Shown: piece by piece, positions 18,313-29,081 of the stretch
Position numbering within the stretch: the stretch's first letter is position 1
Layout: the number at the start of each line of letters is the position of its first letter
Assembly (NCBI GenBank): GCA_044440125.1
Contig: JBITAJ010000004.1
Coordinates: forward strand, 223,235-287,234
Origin: Sedimentisphaeraceae bacterium JB056
Lineage (GTDB): Bacteria; Planctomycetota; Phycisphaerae; Sedimentisphaerales; Sedimentisphaeraceae
DNA length: 64,000 nt
Reading direction: 5' to 3'
Made by a program: the position numbers and the translations under genes
The notes under the pieces: model-generated
The model's input: only the letters and a program-made list of their open reading frames with translations
Told to the model about the DNA's origin: nothing
Databases searched by the model: none

Positions 18313-20610
18313 ATGTTTGCAGGAGTGATTATGGAGATGTTGATAATCCCGTTTTTGGTACTACTTGGAATATCGATCATTATTATAAGCCCAACGGCAC
18401 TGATTATCTCAATAATAGCAATTAGAAGAATCAACAGGCTCACCGAAAACAAGAACAGATCAAATATACATCGACCCGTTCCGCAACATATTCCACAACC
18501 ACCGCAAAAGCCTGCACCGCCGGCCCCTCTTAAACCAGAAACGCCTGTAAAAGCGAATGTTAGAGAGAAATACAGTAAGCCGACTTCAAGCAAAGATTCA
18601 GTTGAACAACTCATCGGAACCCGCTGGGTTTTATTTGCGGGGATCATAACAGTCATAATCGGCGTCGGCCTTTTTATGAAGTACGCATATGACAATGCTC
18701 TTATAGGACCATTAGGCCGCGTTATAATAGCGGCGATATCAGGAATCGCGGCTCTTGCAATAGGTGAGATAACAAGAAGAAAGGCATATGGAGTTGTCGC
18801 AAAATCAGTTACAGCCCTTGGATTTGCAATACTTTACGCCTCTGTGTTCGCTGCCTATCAGTTCTACGGGCTCATCGACATGTTCCCCGCATTCATATTG
18901 ACGATACTGATAACACTTGCATCGATGCTTTATGCCGTAAGCCTTAATGAAAACATAATCGCGGTATTGTCGCTTTTGGGAGGTTTTTCCGCACCGCTGC
19001 TCATTACTATAGAACGGAATATGCCTTTCCAGGTATTCACTTACATCTTGATACTTGGCTGCGGAGCCATGCTTTGCTCATATTACAGAAGATGGCGTCT
19101 TGTAAATCTGCTGGCATTCATATTAACGGTGGTCAACTATTTTCTCTGGCTCGACAAATTCATCCTCCCGGTAAACCCAAATACAGATGGAATCCCGAAA
19201 CAATTACCAACAGCAATTATATGGGCAGTGATATTCTTCGCTGTCTATCTTGTACTGCCGCTTCTTAACGGATTCATAAGACGCATAAAAGCGGAAAAAG
19301 CGGACGTTTTGCTTGTAATAGCGAATTCCGCGGCAACTTTTCTGTTATTATCCCTGATGCTTTACGCAAAATACCGAACCGCTCTGGCCTTCAGCGCAAT
19401 AGCCCTTTGCGTATCTCATCTGGTAATAATGAAGACCTCAATCGCAAAATGCAGGCAAGACATGAACCTCCGATTATCGCTGCTGACGATAGGCCTGCTC
19501 TTCCTTACAATAGCAATACCGCTTTACTTCCAATTTTATGTATTGTCGATTGCATGGGCTGTTGAAGCCGTAGTTCTGATATTGGTCGGCCTCAAATATC
19601 GAAGCATCTGGACACAGGCAGGCGGCATAATAATATTGATATTGAGTGTATTTCAACTTTTTCTTCAGATTCCATTACATAGAGCGGTATTCACGCTGGT
19701 ATTTAATCCCTCATTCGGTTCATGGATATTTGTTACATCGGCCGTAATGACGTGCCATGTTCTCTACAGAAAAAGCAAGCTGGCGACAGACCGGATACGG
19801 AAGCCAGTATCCGAACCTCTCTATTGCGGTGCAATCAGTTTACTTATACTGACATGCGCAATGGAATGGTTCTATTATTGCAAGTACAACATGATATCAA
19901 TGAACATGCCTCTGTATCTTAAAGGAATGATAGTGATAATATCAGCTTCTTTGCTTACACTGTCAATAAGGCCTATATGCCCTTCCGGAAATCAGTGCAG
20001 AGCTTTCTCTGCGTTCATAGCGATAGCAGGTTCAATATTTACTCTTATAGCATTCACAGAAATACACAAAGACAGCTTCACAATATTCATAAACCCTGAC
20101 TTTCCAACCGCTCTGATATTATTAGCCTCCATGGCGGCATCATCATTATCAATAAGAAAGCGATTAGCAGATCGCTCTTGCAATATAATTTTCTCGAATA
20201 TCATTGCGATAACGGCGATAATATTTCTCTGGATGCTGCTAAACGAGGAAATCTATCTCTACTGGTATTGCAAGAACAGATTCAGCGGGCCCGCGGAAAA
20301 CTGGAGATTCCTTGCCAATATGTATATTTCGGTGATGTGGGCAATTTACGGCGGCATACTTATGATTGGCGGTTTCTACTTCAAAAAAGCAGCAATCAGG
20401 TATATTGCGTTAGGACTATTCGCAATACTGCTATTTAAGGTATTCATATTCGATATGAGTACGGTTAAGAGCGTTTACAGAATCGCCGCATTTCTGGCAA
20501 CTGGAATCATACTTGTAGGTGTCTCATATCTTTATCAACACCTTAAGAACAAAGGTTTCTTTGAAAAGATGGGCATAGATAAACAAATCACACACGAGGA
20601 GAACAAATGA
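18313..20610 (+). CDS. DUF2339 family membrane protein
   Basis: Pro-rich linker, EQLIGTRWVLFAG...GVGLFMKYAYDN, many TM helices, C-terminal KVFIFDMS...RIAAFLATG. Start may be 18331 (RBS AGGAG). Confidence 0.88.
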   Translation: MFAGVIMEMLIIPFLVLLGISIIIISPTALIISIIAIRRINRLTENKNRSNIHRPVPQHIPQPPQKPAPPAPLKPETPVKANVREKYSKPTSSKDSVEQLIGTRWVLFAGIITVIIGVGLFMKYAYDNALIGPLGRVIIAAISGIAALAIGEITRRKAYGVVAKSVTALGFAILYASVFAAYQFYGLIDMFPAFILTILITLASMLYAVSLNENIIAVLSLLGGFSAPLLITIERNMPFQVFTYILILGCGAMLCSYYRRWRLVNLLAFILTVVNYFLWLDKFILPVNPNTDGIPKQLPTAIIWAVIFFAVYLVLPLLNGFIRRIKAEKADVLLVIANSAATFLLLSLMLYAKYRTALAFSAIALCVSHLVIMKTSIAKCRQDMNLRLSLLTIGLLFLTIAIPLYFQFYVLSIAWAVEAVVLILVGLKYRSIWTQAGGIIILILSVFQLFLQIPLHRAVFTLVFNPSFGSWIFVTSAVMTCHVLYRKSKLATDRIRKPVSEPLYCGAISLLILTCAMEWFYYCKYNMISMNMPLYLKGMIVIISASLLTLSIRPICPSGNQCRAFSAFIAIAGSIFTLIAFTEIHKDSFTIFINPDFPTALILLASMAASSLSIRKRLADRSCNIIFSNIIAITAIIFLWMLLNEEIYLYWYCKNRFSGPAENWRFLANMYISVMWAIYGGILMIGGFYFKKAAIRYIALGLFAILLFKVFIFDMSTVKSVYRIAAFLATGIILVGVSYLYQHLKNKGFFEKMGIDKQITHEENK

Positions 20611-22004
20611 CAGTTAGAGCTAAAAAGACCGTTTATACCCCCAAATTTAAGAAAGACCACAGCCCTTCTCTGAGACTTTGGTTTTACACACTCGCGGTGT
20701 TATTTCTCTGCTTCTCAAATTGTTTCGGTCAGACTCCCGAAAAATGGAAATACAGGTGCGGCATAAGCGTTGAAGACAGCAGTAAAAAGTTTGCACAATT
20801 CGATATAACACCGGAAATATACGACAAAAGCCAGAAGCACCTCAACGACCTGAGACTCATAAACTCTGACAATCAGCAAGTGCCGTACGCTCTGATAAGT
20901 CCATGGAAACATACTCAAAAGAATATTTATCAGCCCGATATAATCAACAGGGCGACAAACGACGAGAATTGCTCATTTGTTACACTTGATCTTGGCGAGC
21001 GCAAAATAAAGAACTATATTGAAGTCGATACTTTAGGAAGCAATTTCAGACGAGAAGTGAAAATTGAAGGCTCTAACAACAATACTGATTTTCTGACCAT
21101 TGTGGAACAGGCATTCGTCTTCTCTGTAGAAAAGAAATACGTATCAGAATTCAGCGGCATAAATATGCCTCCAAATGATTACAAATATCTTCGCGTGACC
21201 GTATTCCCTATGGAAGGCGATATTAAAAATCCAGAGATTAAGGAAATCAGGATATATAAATGCGAAAAAGATATTACCGATCCTCTGACGATTGAGCCCG
21301 AACTCAACCGAACCTTTGAAAATGAAAAAGAAAAAACCACCGTATACACATATGACCTTGGCCATAAGAACTTACCCATAGACACAATCACATTTAATGT
21401 AAAAGATGATTCCTTCTACAGATATGTTGAGATTGAGGCAAGGAATGATATTACACAAATAGTGGAACTTGACGGCGAGGATAACAAGATCCTGTACAAG
21501 GAGATCGAGGCAAACTGGATAAGAACCGGCAGTGCGGCTATTTACAGATACGATTCCGAGACGGACAAAACAGAAAATCTAAAAATTAAACTGTCGCCCG
21601 AATCAGCAAAATACAGGTATCTCCGCATAACTGTCAGAAACTATGACGACCTGCCTTTGATTATCAAGGGTGTATCAGTGCAGATAATACCGGAAAAAGT
21701 AATCTTCGAAACAAATACAGCTGTCAGTACCATGCTTTATACCGGAGCTGAAAAAATATCACGCCCGCATTACGATCTCGAAAAGCAGATAAGCAACTCT
21801 GGAAAACTTGATGCAGCAGTCGCAAAGCTGTCTGTACTCGAAGAAAATCCGGAGTTTGTTGCTGAGGCAGACATTGTGCCCTGGAGCGAAAACTTCAAGA
21901 ATGTACCAATGATAATCATCATAATTTTGGTCGCAATTCTTGGATACATCATTGTCAAATCGTTTGAAAAGATAAAAAAAGAAGATACAGTAAATACAAA
22001 ATAG
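20607..22004 (+). CDS. DUF3999-like protein, translationally coupled to DUF2339
   Basis: WKY...IYDKSQKHLNDLRLINSDNQQVPY, PHYDL and a C-terminal TM anchor; ATGA overlap with the upstream gene. Confidence 0.75.
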   Translation: MTVRAKKTVYTPKFKKDHSPSLRLWFYTLAVLFLCFSNCFGQTPEKWKYRCGISVEDSSKKFAQFDITPEIYDKSQKHLNDLRLINSDNQQVPYALISPWKHTQKNIYQPDIINRATNDENCSFVTLDLGERKIKNYIEVDTLGSNFRREVKIEGSNNNTDFLTIVEQAFVFSVEKKYVSEFSGINMPPNDYKYLRVTVFPMEGDIKNPEIKEIRIYKCEKDITDPLTIEPELNRTFENEKEKTTVYTYDLGHKNLPIDTITFNVKDDSFYRYVEIEARNDITQIVELDGEDNKILYKEIEANWIRTGSAAIYRYDSETDKTENLKIKLSPESAKYRYLRITVRNYDDLPLIIKGVSVQIIPEKVIFETNTAVSTMLYTGAEKISRPHYDLEKQISNSGKLDAAVAKLSVLEENPEFVAEADIVPWSENFKNVPMIIIIILVAILGYIIVKSFEKIKKEDTVNTK

Positions 22005-22206
22005 TTCTTTTGCGTTCTAATCTGTTCTTTTTACACCCACTACAAACAAGAATATGTTTGTTTGGTTACAATTACAAATTTCTGCGAAGCAATTTGCTTA
22101 ACAGATTTCTTGCTATAGTTGTTTTTTCGTTTATAATTATTATTTGATTTGCCGCAAGTACGTTTTGCGGCGGCTTTAATACGATCTTTTGTAAAAAGGT
22201 AGTTTT

Positions 22207-23313
22207 ATGCAAGTACCAATGCTTGATTTGCGCAGGCAGTTTCAACAGATAAAAGATGATGTAATGCCGGCTATCGAAGAGGTCTGTCAATCACAGGCTC
22301 TTTGTCTTGGCCCGGCTGTAGATAGATTTGAAACCGAAATAGCTAAATATTGTCAGTGCCGGCACGCCATAGGCGTTTCCAGCGGTACAGACGCACTTCT
22401 TGTAGCGTTGATGGCAGGTGGAGTGAGCGCAGGCGATGAGGTTATCGTGCCGTCATTCACTTTCGCGGCTACTACGGGAGTAGTGGCAAGAATCGGTGCA
22501 AAACCCGTCTTTATTGATATCGATAAAGACACATTCAATATGGATACCTCGCAGCTTCCATCGCTGATTACAGACAGAACCAAGGCAATCATCCCCGTAC
22601 ATCTCTACGGCCAGATGGCTGATATGGAACCAATACTTGATATCGCTTCAAAGCACAATCTGCTGGTCATTGAAGATTCAGCGCAGAGCATAGGGGCAAA
22701 ACAAAATGACAAGATGAGCGGCAGCCTTGGTGATTTCGGATGCTATTCATTCTATCCAACCAAAAACCTCGGAGCATTCGGTGACGGCGGACTTATCACA
22801 ACAAACTCCGACCAGCTCAACAAACACACCAGAATGGTTCGCAATCACGGCCAAAACTCAACCTATCAGTATGAAATGATAGGCGGAAACTTCCGTCTTG
22901 ACGGCATACAGGGTGCGGTTTTGAGTGTAAAACTGAAATATCTAAATAGCTGGGCAGAAAAACGCCGCGAAAATGCCGCCGCTTATGATGAAGCGTTCAA
23001 AGGCGTTGGCGACATCAAAACACCAGTGATAAAACCATACAATTACAGCGTTTACAATCAATACACGATCCGGACTGAAAAAAGAGATCAGCTCAAGGAA
23101 CATCTTGTTGGTAATGGCGTTGGATGCGGTGTTTACTATCCAGAGCCGCTTCACCTGCAGAAATGCTTTGAGTATCTCGGATACAGTAAAGGCGACCTGC
23201 CCGAAACGGACAAGGCCTGCCGTGAAGTTCTCTCTATACCGGTAAGCCCAGAGCTGACCGAAGAGCAACGCAATTACGTAATAGAAAAAGTCAAAGGATT
23301 CTACAACGGCTAA
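22207..23313 (+). CDS. DegT/DnrJ/EryC1/StrS PLP-dependent aminotransferase
   Basis: VPMLDL, SSGTDAL, PVHLYGQ, IEDSAQSIG, SFYPTKNLGAFGDGG, NFRLD. Confidence 0.95.
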   Translation: MQVPMLDLRRQFQQIKDDVMPAIEEVCQSQALCLGPAVDRFETEIAKYCQCRHAIGVSSGTDALLVALMAGGVSAGDEVIVPSFTFAATTGVVARIGAKPVFIDIDKDTFNMDTSQLPSLITDRTKAIIPVHLYGQMADMEPILDIASKHNLLVIEDSAQSIGAKQNDKMSGSLGDFGCYSFYPTKNLGAFGDGGLITTNSDQLNKHTRMVRNHGQNSTYQYEMIGGNFRLDGIQGAVLSVKLKYLNSWAEKRRENAAAYDEAFKGVGDIKTPVIKPYNYSVYNQYTIRTEKRDQLKEHLVGNGVGCGVYYPEPLHLQKCFEYLGYSKGDLPETDKACREVLSIPVSPELTEEQRNYVIEKVKGFYNG

Positions 23314-23337
23314 TCGCTAACTACAAATTGCTAAAAA

Positions 23338-23973
23338 ATGAACAAACTGCCTTTAACAATACGTGACTGCGGCTTATGCGAATATGGGCCGATGCTTGAA
23401 GAGCAAAAGAGCATTCTGGAAGATGTGCATAAGGGAGCACAAAATACTGTGCTTCTGGTTGAGCACGAGAGCGTTATCACGCTTGGAGCCAGGCAGTCGG
23501 AAAACAAATTCGTAAAAAGCGAGGAAGAGATAAAGGATTCGGGCATTGATCTGTTCGCTATCCGCCGCGGCGGCGGTACTACCGCCCATAACCCCGGCCA
23601 ACTGGTGATCTACCCGATAGTAAACCTGCGGACAATGGATATCGGCATAAACGAATTTATCCGTGAACTTGAACAAATCGGCATTGATGCACTCGCAGCA
23701 GTTGGCGTTGAAAGCGAACGCAAGAAGGGGCTTCCCGGTCTGTGGATAGGCGAAGAGAAGATTGCCTCAATCGGCGTAAAGGTAAGCATGGGGATAACTT
23801 ATCACGGCATGGCAATAAACGTATGCAACGATCTGTCAATCTTCAATAATATAGTCCCCTGCGGCATCGACAACGTAATAATGACAAGTGTAGAAAAACA
23901 GGGCAAAACCTGCTCAATAGAAGATTTTAAGAAAGTAATGACCAAGGTCATCACAGACCGCTGGGTCAAATAA
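23338..23973 (+). CDS. lipB: Octanoyltransferase LipB
   Basis: EHESVITLG, RGGGTTAHNPGQLVIYPI, KIASIG, HGMAIN, IVPCG. Confidence 0.96.
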   Translation: MNKLPLTIRDCGLCEYGPMLEEQKSILEDVHKGAQNTVLLVEHESVITLGARQSENKFVKSEEEIKDSGIDLFAIRRGGGTTAHNPGQLVIYPIVNLRTMDIGINEFIRELEQIGIDALAAVGVESERKKGLPGLWIGEEKIASIGVKVSMGITYHGMAINVCNDLSIFNNIVPCGIDNVIMTSVEKQGKTCSIEDFKKVMTKVITDRWVK

Positions 23974-24054
23974 ACTTTAAGAGATACTATTTTACCTTGA
24001 ATTTTGATGATGGGATCATAAAAATTCAAGGTAAAAACATTAAAATCGATACTT

Positions 24055-24930
24055 ATGGAACAAGAAAAGAAAAAAGGTAAGCTTCCGCCGTGGCTCCGGA
24101 GACGGATTGGTTGCGGCGACACTTTCGATCATACAAGCTCAGCACTCAGCGATCTTGGAGTCGAAACAATCTGCAATCATGCCAACTGCCCGAACAAAGG
24201 CGAATGCTGGAGCAGAGGCACGGCAACGGTGCTTATTCTTGGCGGAACATGCACAAGAAACTGCAAATTCTGCTCAGTAGCACCGGGCAAGCCATTGCCG
24301 CCTGACCCTACGGAACCTATGCGAGTAGCAAAGCTTGCGGCTGAGATGAAGCTCAAATATATCGTGATTACCAGTGTAACACGCGATGACCTGCCTGATG
24401 GCGGAGCCGCTCACTTCCGCGATACCGTGCTGGAAACTAAAAAGGCTGTGCCCGGAATCGAAATAGAGCTTCTTGTTCCTGATTTCAAGGGTTGCCAGCA
24501 GCAGGCTATCGAAATACTCGCCGAGGCAATGCCTTTTGTATTCGGACATAACATTGAAACTGTGTCCGAAATGTTCCCAGTGGTAAGAAGCGGCGGCGAC
24601 TATCAGCGTTCACTTGACCTGCTTAAGATGGTAAAAGAGCAGTATCCCGATATTCCAACCAAATCATCAATGATGCTTGGGATTGGAGAAAACGACGCTC
24701 AGATACTGCAAACACTGAAAGACCTGCGGGCAAACGGCGTTGACAGGGTTGCCCTCGGACAATACCTTAAATCTGAAGCCGAAGCCGTAGAAGTAGCAGA
24801 ATATGTAACACCGGAAAAATTCGAATTTTGGGATACAGTAGCCCGCGACATGGGCTTTAAGTGGGTAATGAGCTCGCCGTACACGCGCAGCTCCTACCAC
24901 GCCGAGACCGAGACCGGAAAAGTGGAATAA
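24055..24930 (+). CDS. lipA: Lipoyl synthase LipA
   Basis: CNHANCPNKGEC and CTRNCKFC cysteine clusters; RSSY motif. Confidence 0.97.
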   Translation: MEQEKKKGKLPPWLRRRIGCGDTFDHTSSALSDLGVETICNHANCPNKGECWSRGTATVLILGGTCTRNCKFCSVAPGKPLPPDPTEPMRVAKLAAEMKLKYIVITSVTRDDLPDGGAAHFRDTVLETKKAVPGIEIELLVPDFKGCQQQAIEILAEAMPFVFGHNIETVSEMFPVVRSGGDYQRSLDLLKMVKEQYPDIPTKSSMMLGIGENDAQILQTLKDLRANGVDRVALGQYLKSEAEAVEVAEYVTPEKFEFWDTVARDMGFKWVMSSPYTRSSYHAETETGKVE

Positions 24931-24965
24931 GAATAATTAATAATGAATAATTGACAATTAAGAAT
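24931..24965. repeat. Degenerate heptamer array
   Basis: GAATAAT TAATAAT GAATAAT TGACAAT TAAGAAT directly after the lipA stop. Confidence 0.55.
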
Positions 24966-25016
24966 TGCGGAATTCGCTCCGCTTATACTTCTTAATAGCT
25001 TACGCTTGCCATAACT

Positions 25017-26003
25017 ATGACGACGTATATAATCAGACGACTGCTTTTGATGATACCCACGATACTTGGGATAACGGTGATGGTGTTTACCATCAGCCGG
25101 CTTGCTCCGGGTGATCCTATAAGTATGATGATGGGGCCTGAAAACCAGCTCGATTCACGTCAGGCGGATATGCGTGAGGCTCAGATGGAACTTTACGGGC
25201 TGGATAAGCCTCTGCCTGTGCAGTATTTTATATGGCTGGGCAAGGTAGTGAGGCTTGATTTCGGCACATCGTTCAAGCACCACCGCCCTGTTATGGAACT
25301 CATTAGAGAACGACTCCCTATTACGCTCGTTCTCAATCTCGCGGCTTTTGCACTGATATACATAATTTCACTTCCGCTTGGTGTGTTATCCGCGGTTCGC
25401 CACAAGAAATTCACCGACACAGCGATTTCTGTAGTGCTTTTTATACTCTGGTCGCTGCCTGTGATGTGGGTAGGACAGATGATGATCGGCTATTTATGCA
25501 ACCCTCAATATTTCAACTGGTTTCCACCGGCAGGCCTGAGCAGCAATGATGCTGAAACCATGCCGTTCTTCCAGTGGCTCGCCGACAGAGCACATCATCT
25601 TGTATTACCGGTAATGTGCATCACTTACGGCGGATTCGCAATGCTTACAAAAATCGTAAGAGCCGGAATGCTCGACAACCTCCGAATGGACTACGTGCGT
25701 ACGGCACGTGCTAAGGGACTGCCGGAGAGACGGGTTATAATGGAACATGCTTTCCGCAACAGTGTAATACCTGTGATAACAATAATGGCGACACTACTGC
25801 CGGCAATGATCGGCGGCTCTGTGATAATCGAGAAGGTGTTTACGATTCCCGGAATGGGACTCCTCGCTTTCGAGGCGATAAGCACAAGAGATTACAACAT
25901 CGTAATGGCGGTGGCAACGATAGCGGGTGTATTGAATATGCTTGGTATGCTGCTGGCCGACATAGCATACGCGATAGCCGACCCGAGAATAACGTTTGAT
26001 TGA
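25017..26003 (+). CDS. Peptide/nickel ABC transporter permease (OppB/DppB-like)
   Basis: YIIRRLLLMIPT, PGDP, YGLDKPL, DYVRTARAKGL, HAFRNS. Confidence 0.95.
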   Translation: MTTYIIRRLLLMIPTILGITVMVFTISRLAPGDPISMMMGPENQLDSRQADMREAQMELYGLDKPLPVQYFIWLGKVVRLDFGTSFKHHRPVMELIRERLPITLVLNLAAFALIYIISLPLGVLSAVRHKKFTDTAISVVLFILWSLPVMWVGQMMIGYLCNPQYFNWFPPAGLSSNDAETMPFFQWLADRAHHLVLPVMCITYGGFAMLTKIVRAGMLDNLRMDYVRTARAKGLPERRVIMEHAFRNSVIPVITIMATLLPAMIGGSVIIEKVFTIPGMGLLAFEAISTRDYNIVMAVATIAGVLNMLGMLLADIAYAIADPRITFD

Positions 26004-26009
26004 TGGAAT

Positions 26010-27227
26010 ATGCTGACAATGGAAAAGACGCAAACAAACACAACTCAAACGGATAATAACTGGGGCACATCTTACGGGCAGATGGTTTCAAGGGAGTTTT
26101 TCAAAAGCATCCTGAACAAACTTTCGCTGGGATTTATCATTCTGCTTTTCACGATTGCGGTGCTGGCACCATTTATTGCCAACGACAAACCCTACTGCAT
26201 CAAAATTGACGGCAGTTGGAAATTCCCGCTTTTGACGACATTAACCGCTAACGATATAACTGTTTTGCTGTTCGCGATAGCGGCGATAATACTCTTGGTA
26301 TTCGCAAGACGCAACAGCCGCAAGATAGATCCATCGATGCGATCCGCTGTATTCGGCAGGCAATTATCAATCACTCTTGCCGCGACTATAATCTTATCAA
26401 TCACATCACAGTGGCTTGTGCCGCATAAAAATATAACTACCGACTACAAAGAACTCGCAGTAAGCGGGAAAGCTGAAGGTGCGGTTTTCGCACCCGTTCC
26501 ATACAGCTACGCACGAACCAGCCTCAAAGACCGCTACCTGCCACCATCAAAAGAACACCTCTTCGGAACCGATGATGTCGGCTCAGACTTACTGGCAAGG
26601 GTAATCCACGGCAGCAGGATATCGCTTTCGGTTGGATTTGTGGCGGTTGGAATATCGCTCGTAATCGGAATATTTGTGGGTGCTATTCTGGGCTATTTCG
26701 GAGGCAAGATAGACTTTATAGGCATGCGAATCATCGAGATAGTGATGGCTGTACCAACATTCTTCCTTATCATAACGATTGTGGCGTTCTACGAAAGAAG
26801 CCTTTTCAATATCATGGTCATAATCGGCGTTACAAGCTGGACAGGTCACGCCCGCTTTGTGCGTGCGGAATTTCTCAAGCTTCGTCAACAGGATTTCGTA
26901 CAGGCTGCCAAAGCTCTGGGACTTCCGCTGCGAAGCATACTGTTTCGTCATATGCTGCCAAACGGAGTTGCACCTGTGCTTGTAAGTGCGACATTCGGAA
27001 TCGCTGCCGCTATCTTTACAGAAGCAGCACTCAGCTTTCTCGGCTTCGGCGTTGTGCCTCCGACACCAAGCTGGGGGCAAATGCTAAGCCGAGGCGTAAG
27101 CGTTACAGGCGAATTTCTCTGGTGGCTCTCACTATTCCCCGGCATGGCAATATTCCTCACAGCAATAGCCTACAACATGTTAGGTGAAGGCCTGAGAGAT
27201 GCGATAGACCCGAAACTGAGGAAATAA
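26010..27227 (+). CDS. Peptide/nickel ABC transporter permease (OppC/DppC-like)
   Basis: HLFGTDDVGSDL, DFVQAAKALG, HMLPN, EAALSFLGFG, GEGLRDAIDP. Confidence 0.95.
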   Translation: MLTMEKTQTNTTQTDNNWGTSYGQMVSREFFKSILNKLSLGFIILLFTIAVLAPFIANDKPYCIKIDGSWKFPLLTTLTANDITVLLFAIAAIILLVFARRNSRKIDPSMRSAVFGRQLSITLAATIILSITSQWLVPHKNITTDYKELAVSGKAEGAVFAPVPYSYARTSLKDRYLPPSKEHLFGTDDVGSDLLARVIHGSRISLSVGFVAVGISLVIGIFVGAILGYFGGKIDFIGMRIIEIVMAVPTFFLIITIVAFYERSLFNIMVIIGVTSWTGHARFVRAEFLKLRQQDFVQAAKALGLPLRSILFRHMLPNGVAPVLVSATFGIAAAIFTEAALSFLGFGVVPPTPSWGQMLSRGVSVTGEFLWWLSLFPGMAIFLTAIAYNMLGEGLRDAIDPKLRK

Positions 27228-27245
27228 CAGAAAGATATTTTGTAA

Positions 27246-27273
27246 TTGAATTACACCTTAACAATGGTATAAT
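27246..27273 (+). promoter_or_regulatory. Candidate promoter of the toxin-antitoxin operon
   Basis: TTGAAT-16 nt-TATAAT with an extended -10 (TGGTATAAT). Confidence 0.6.
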
Positions 27274-27301
27274 CAAGTTATGATATAGTGAGGGCATATT
27301 T

Positions 27302-27532
27302 ATGATAGTTAATCTTTCAGAAGCAAAAAACAATCTTTCAAAACTGATTGAACTGGTCTATAAAGGCGAAAAAGTTGTAATTGCAAAAAACAACCAGCCT
27401 TTAGCTGATTTAATTGCACACAAAAGCATTACAGAACGCAAGTTAGGCCTTTTAACCGGCAAACTGAAGGTGCCAGAAAATTTCACAGATGAAGATCTGC
27501 AAATAAATGAAATGTTCTACGGTAAAGATTAA
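27302..27532 (+). CDS. Phd/YefM family antitoxin
   Basis: VNLSEAKNNLSKLIE...GEKVVIAKNNQPLADL...RKLGLL. Confidence 0.92.
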   Translation: MIVNLSEAKNNLSKLIELVYKGEKVVIAKNNQPLADLIAHKSITERKLGLLTGKLKVPENFTDEDLQINEMFYGKD

Positions 27533-27903
27533 TGAAAATTATTATTGATACCCATATATTTCTCTGGATATTAACTGACCCCAATCGACTTACCAAAAAC
27601 CATATCAAACTCATAACTTCAACTTCTAATACAATTTATGTAAGTTCTGTTAGTATAGCTGAAATAGCTATTAAATCATCTATCGGAAAACTTGAGTTCA
27701 ATTACAATCCGGTTGAATTAGCTATTAATAGCGGTTTTGAAATATTAGATTTTGGCGGAAACGATGCCCTTTTATTGAAAGATATGCCGTTTCACCATAA
27801 AGATCCTTTTGACAGAATGTTAATTGCTCAAGCAATTTCAAATAAATACAAAATCATGACTGATGACCATAAATTCAAATACTATAGTTGTAAATTGATT
27901 TAA
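27532..27903 (+). CDS. vapC: VapC/PIN-domain toxin
   Basis: IIIDTHIFLW, SIAEIAIK, HKDPFDRMLIAQA, TDD; TAATG overlap with the antitoxin. Confidence 0.92.
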   Translation: MKIIIDTHIFLWILTDPNRLTKNHIKLITSTSNTIYVSSVSIAEIAIKSSIGKLEFNYNPVELAINSGFEILDFGGNDALLLKDMPFHHKDPFDRMLIAQAISNKYKIMTDDHKFKYYSCKLI

Positions 27904-27951
27904 CAATTAGCATTCCTAATAAAATGGTAAGCCCATAACAATTAGGCTTGA

Positions 27952-28024
27952 TCAGTGCATTTCCACTTCGCAAGCTCCGATTGCCGGACGATAATAATTA
28001 AACTGTACATTAGGATGGTAGGCA
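27952..28024 (-). pseudogene. Relic 3' end of the nagB-like gene (copy of 34900-34972)
   Basis: The 68-nt core encodes [25 protein letters not shown]; its three differences from the intact gene are silent. Confidence 0.95.
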
Positions 28025-28028
28025 CGCG

Positions 28029-28169
28029 GCGACATTCGGAATTGCCGCCGCTATTTTTACAGAAGCAGCACTTAGCTTTCTCGGCATGGCAATATTCCTC
28101 ACGGCAATAGCCTACAACATGGTAGGCGAAGGTCTGAGAGACGCCATAGACCCAAAACTGCGCAAATAA
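28029..28169 (+). pseudogene. Relic 3' end of oppC (copy of 26988-27044 joined to 27144-27227)
   Basis: Encodes ATFGIAAAIFTEAALSFLG joined to MAIFLTAIAYNMVGEGLRDAIDPKLRK-stop; 99-nt internal deletion at a CGGC microhomology. Confidence 0.95.
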
Positions 28170-28170
28170 A

Positions 28171-28199
28171 AAAGCGGCGATAGTTCATACCGCCGCTTT
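28171..28199. terminator. Hairpin terminator after the relic oppC end, probably also serving the PEP-CTERM gene
   Basis: AAAGCGGCG...CGCCGCTTT. Confidence 0.75.
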
Positions 28200-28216
28200 C
28201 AACTTTAATTCTTTAT

Positions 28217-28906
28217 TTACTTCTTCCTGCGTTTCAAAAGTCCGCAAGCTCCAAAGGCAAATAATGCCAATGTTGCAGGTTCTGGAACTACTTCCGTTTG
28301 CCCTACTGTAATAGTAGTATTTACGGTATCCATTATTGCAACTTCATAAATAGTCACCTGAGCTTGATTATAATCATACGGAGCAGCTTCTGTTTTAATA
28401 AAAGCCGACATCTTCATCCAGCCATAGTAATAATCTCCATTGCCGGCACTTATCCTGAAACCAAGATATTTCGTACCAGTTGAACTATAAGTATCACCAG
28501 GATTCGTTTCATCGAATTTACGGAGAATATCTCCACCATCATAATTACGGCCGCTGCCTACAGAAGCGCCTTCACTAAGATAATTCATGCAAACGCCGCC
28601 CTCTGCCGAAGAACTCGCAACTACAGACTCTTCAATGTTATTAGCTCCAATTAAAGCTCTTTTCTCACGATATCTGTTAGCAAGCAAATAAACGTTGTTG
28701 CCGGCAGGATTGAATTCTGTGACATTTCCACTTGAGCTAATATAGAGAAATGCATCATCCGAACCAGCTAAGTTGCTCAGACCTGTATCTGCAATTTTTG
28801 GATCCGATGAATAATCATTGTGATATATTGACACCGCTTCCGCAAATCCAGCAATACTCAGCAGAAAAGTTAACAAAATCAGTTTAGAAACCGCCTTTTT
28901 AAACAT
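28217..28906 (-). CDS. PEP-CTERM sorting domain protein
   Basis: Signal peptide, YLGFR...YYGW motif, C-terminal VPEPATLALFAFGACGLLKRRKK. Confidence 0.95.
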   Translation of the reverse strand: MFKKAVSKLILLTFLLSIAGFAEAVSIYHNDYSSDPKIADTGLSNLAGSDDAFLYISSSGNVTEFNPAGNNVYLLANRYREKRALIGANNIEESVVASSSAEGGVCMNYLSEGASVGSGRNYDGGDILRKFDETNPGDTYSSTGTKYLGFRISAGNGDYYYGWMKMSAFIKTEAAPYDYNQAQVTIYEVAIMDTVNTTITVGQTEVVPEPATLALFAFGACGLLKRRKK

Positions 28907-29081
28907 AGCACAACCCTTTCAATAAATCTACTTCTATTTTCCAATACACTATTGAAATACCAAACCAAAACTACACGCACCGACTTAAGATTCTAATGTA
29001 CCAGGCAAAATATGTCAAGTTTAATTTAGCTATCCAAAATACTGAAAGGGTTTATGCCGTCTTAAAACAAATCCCAGGTAA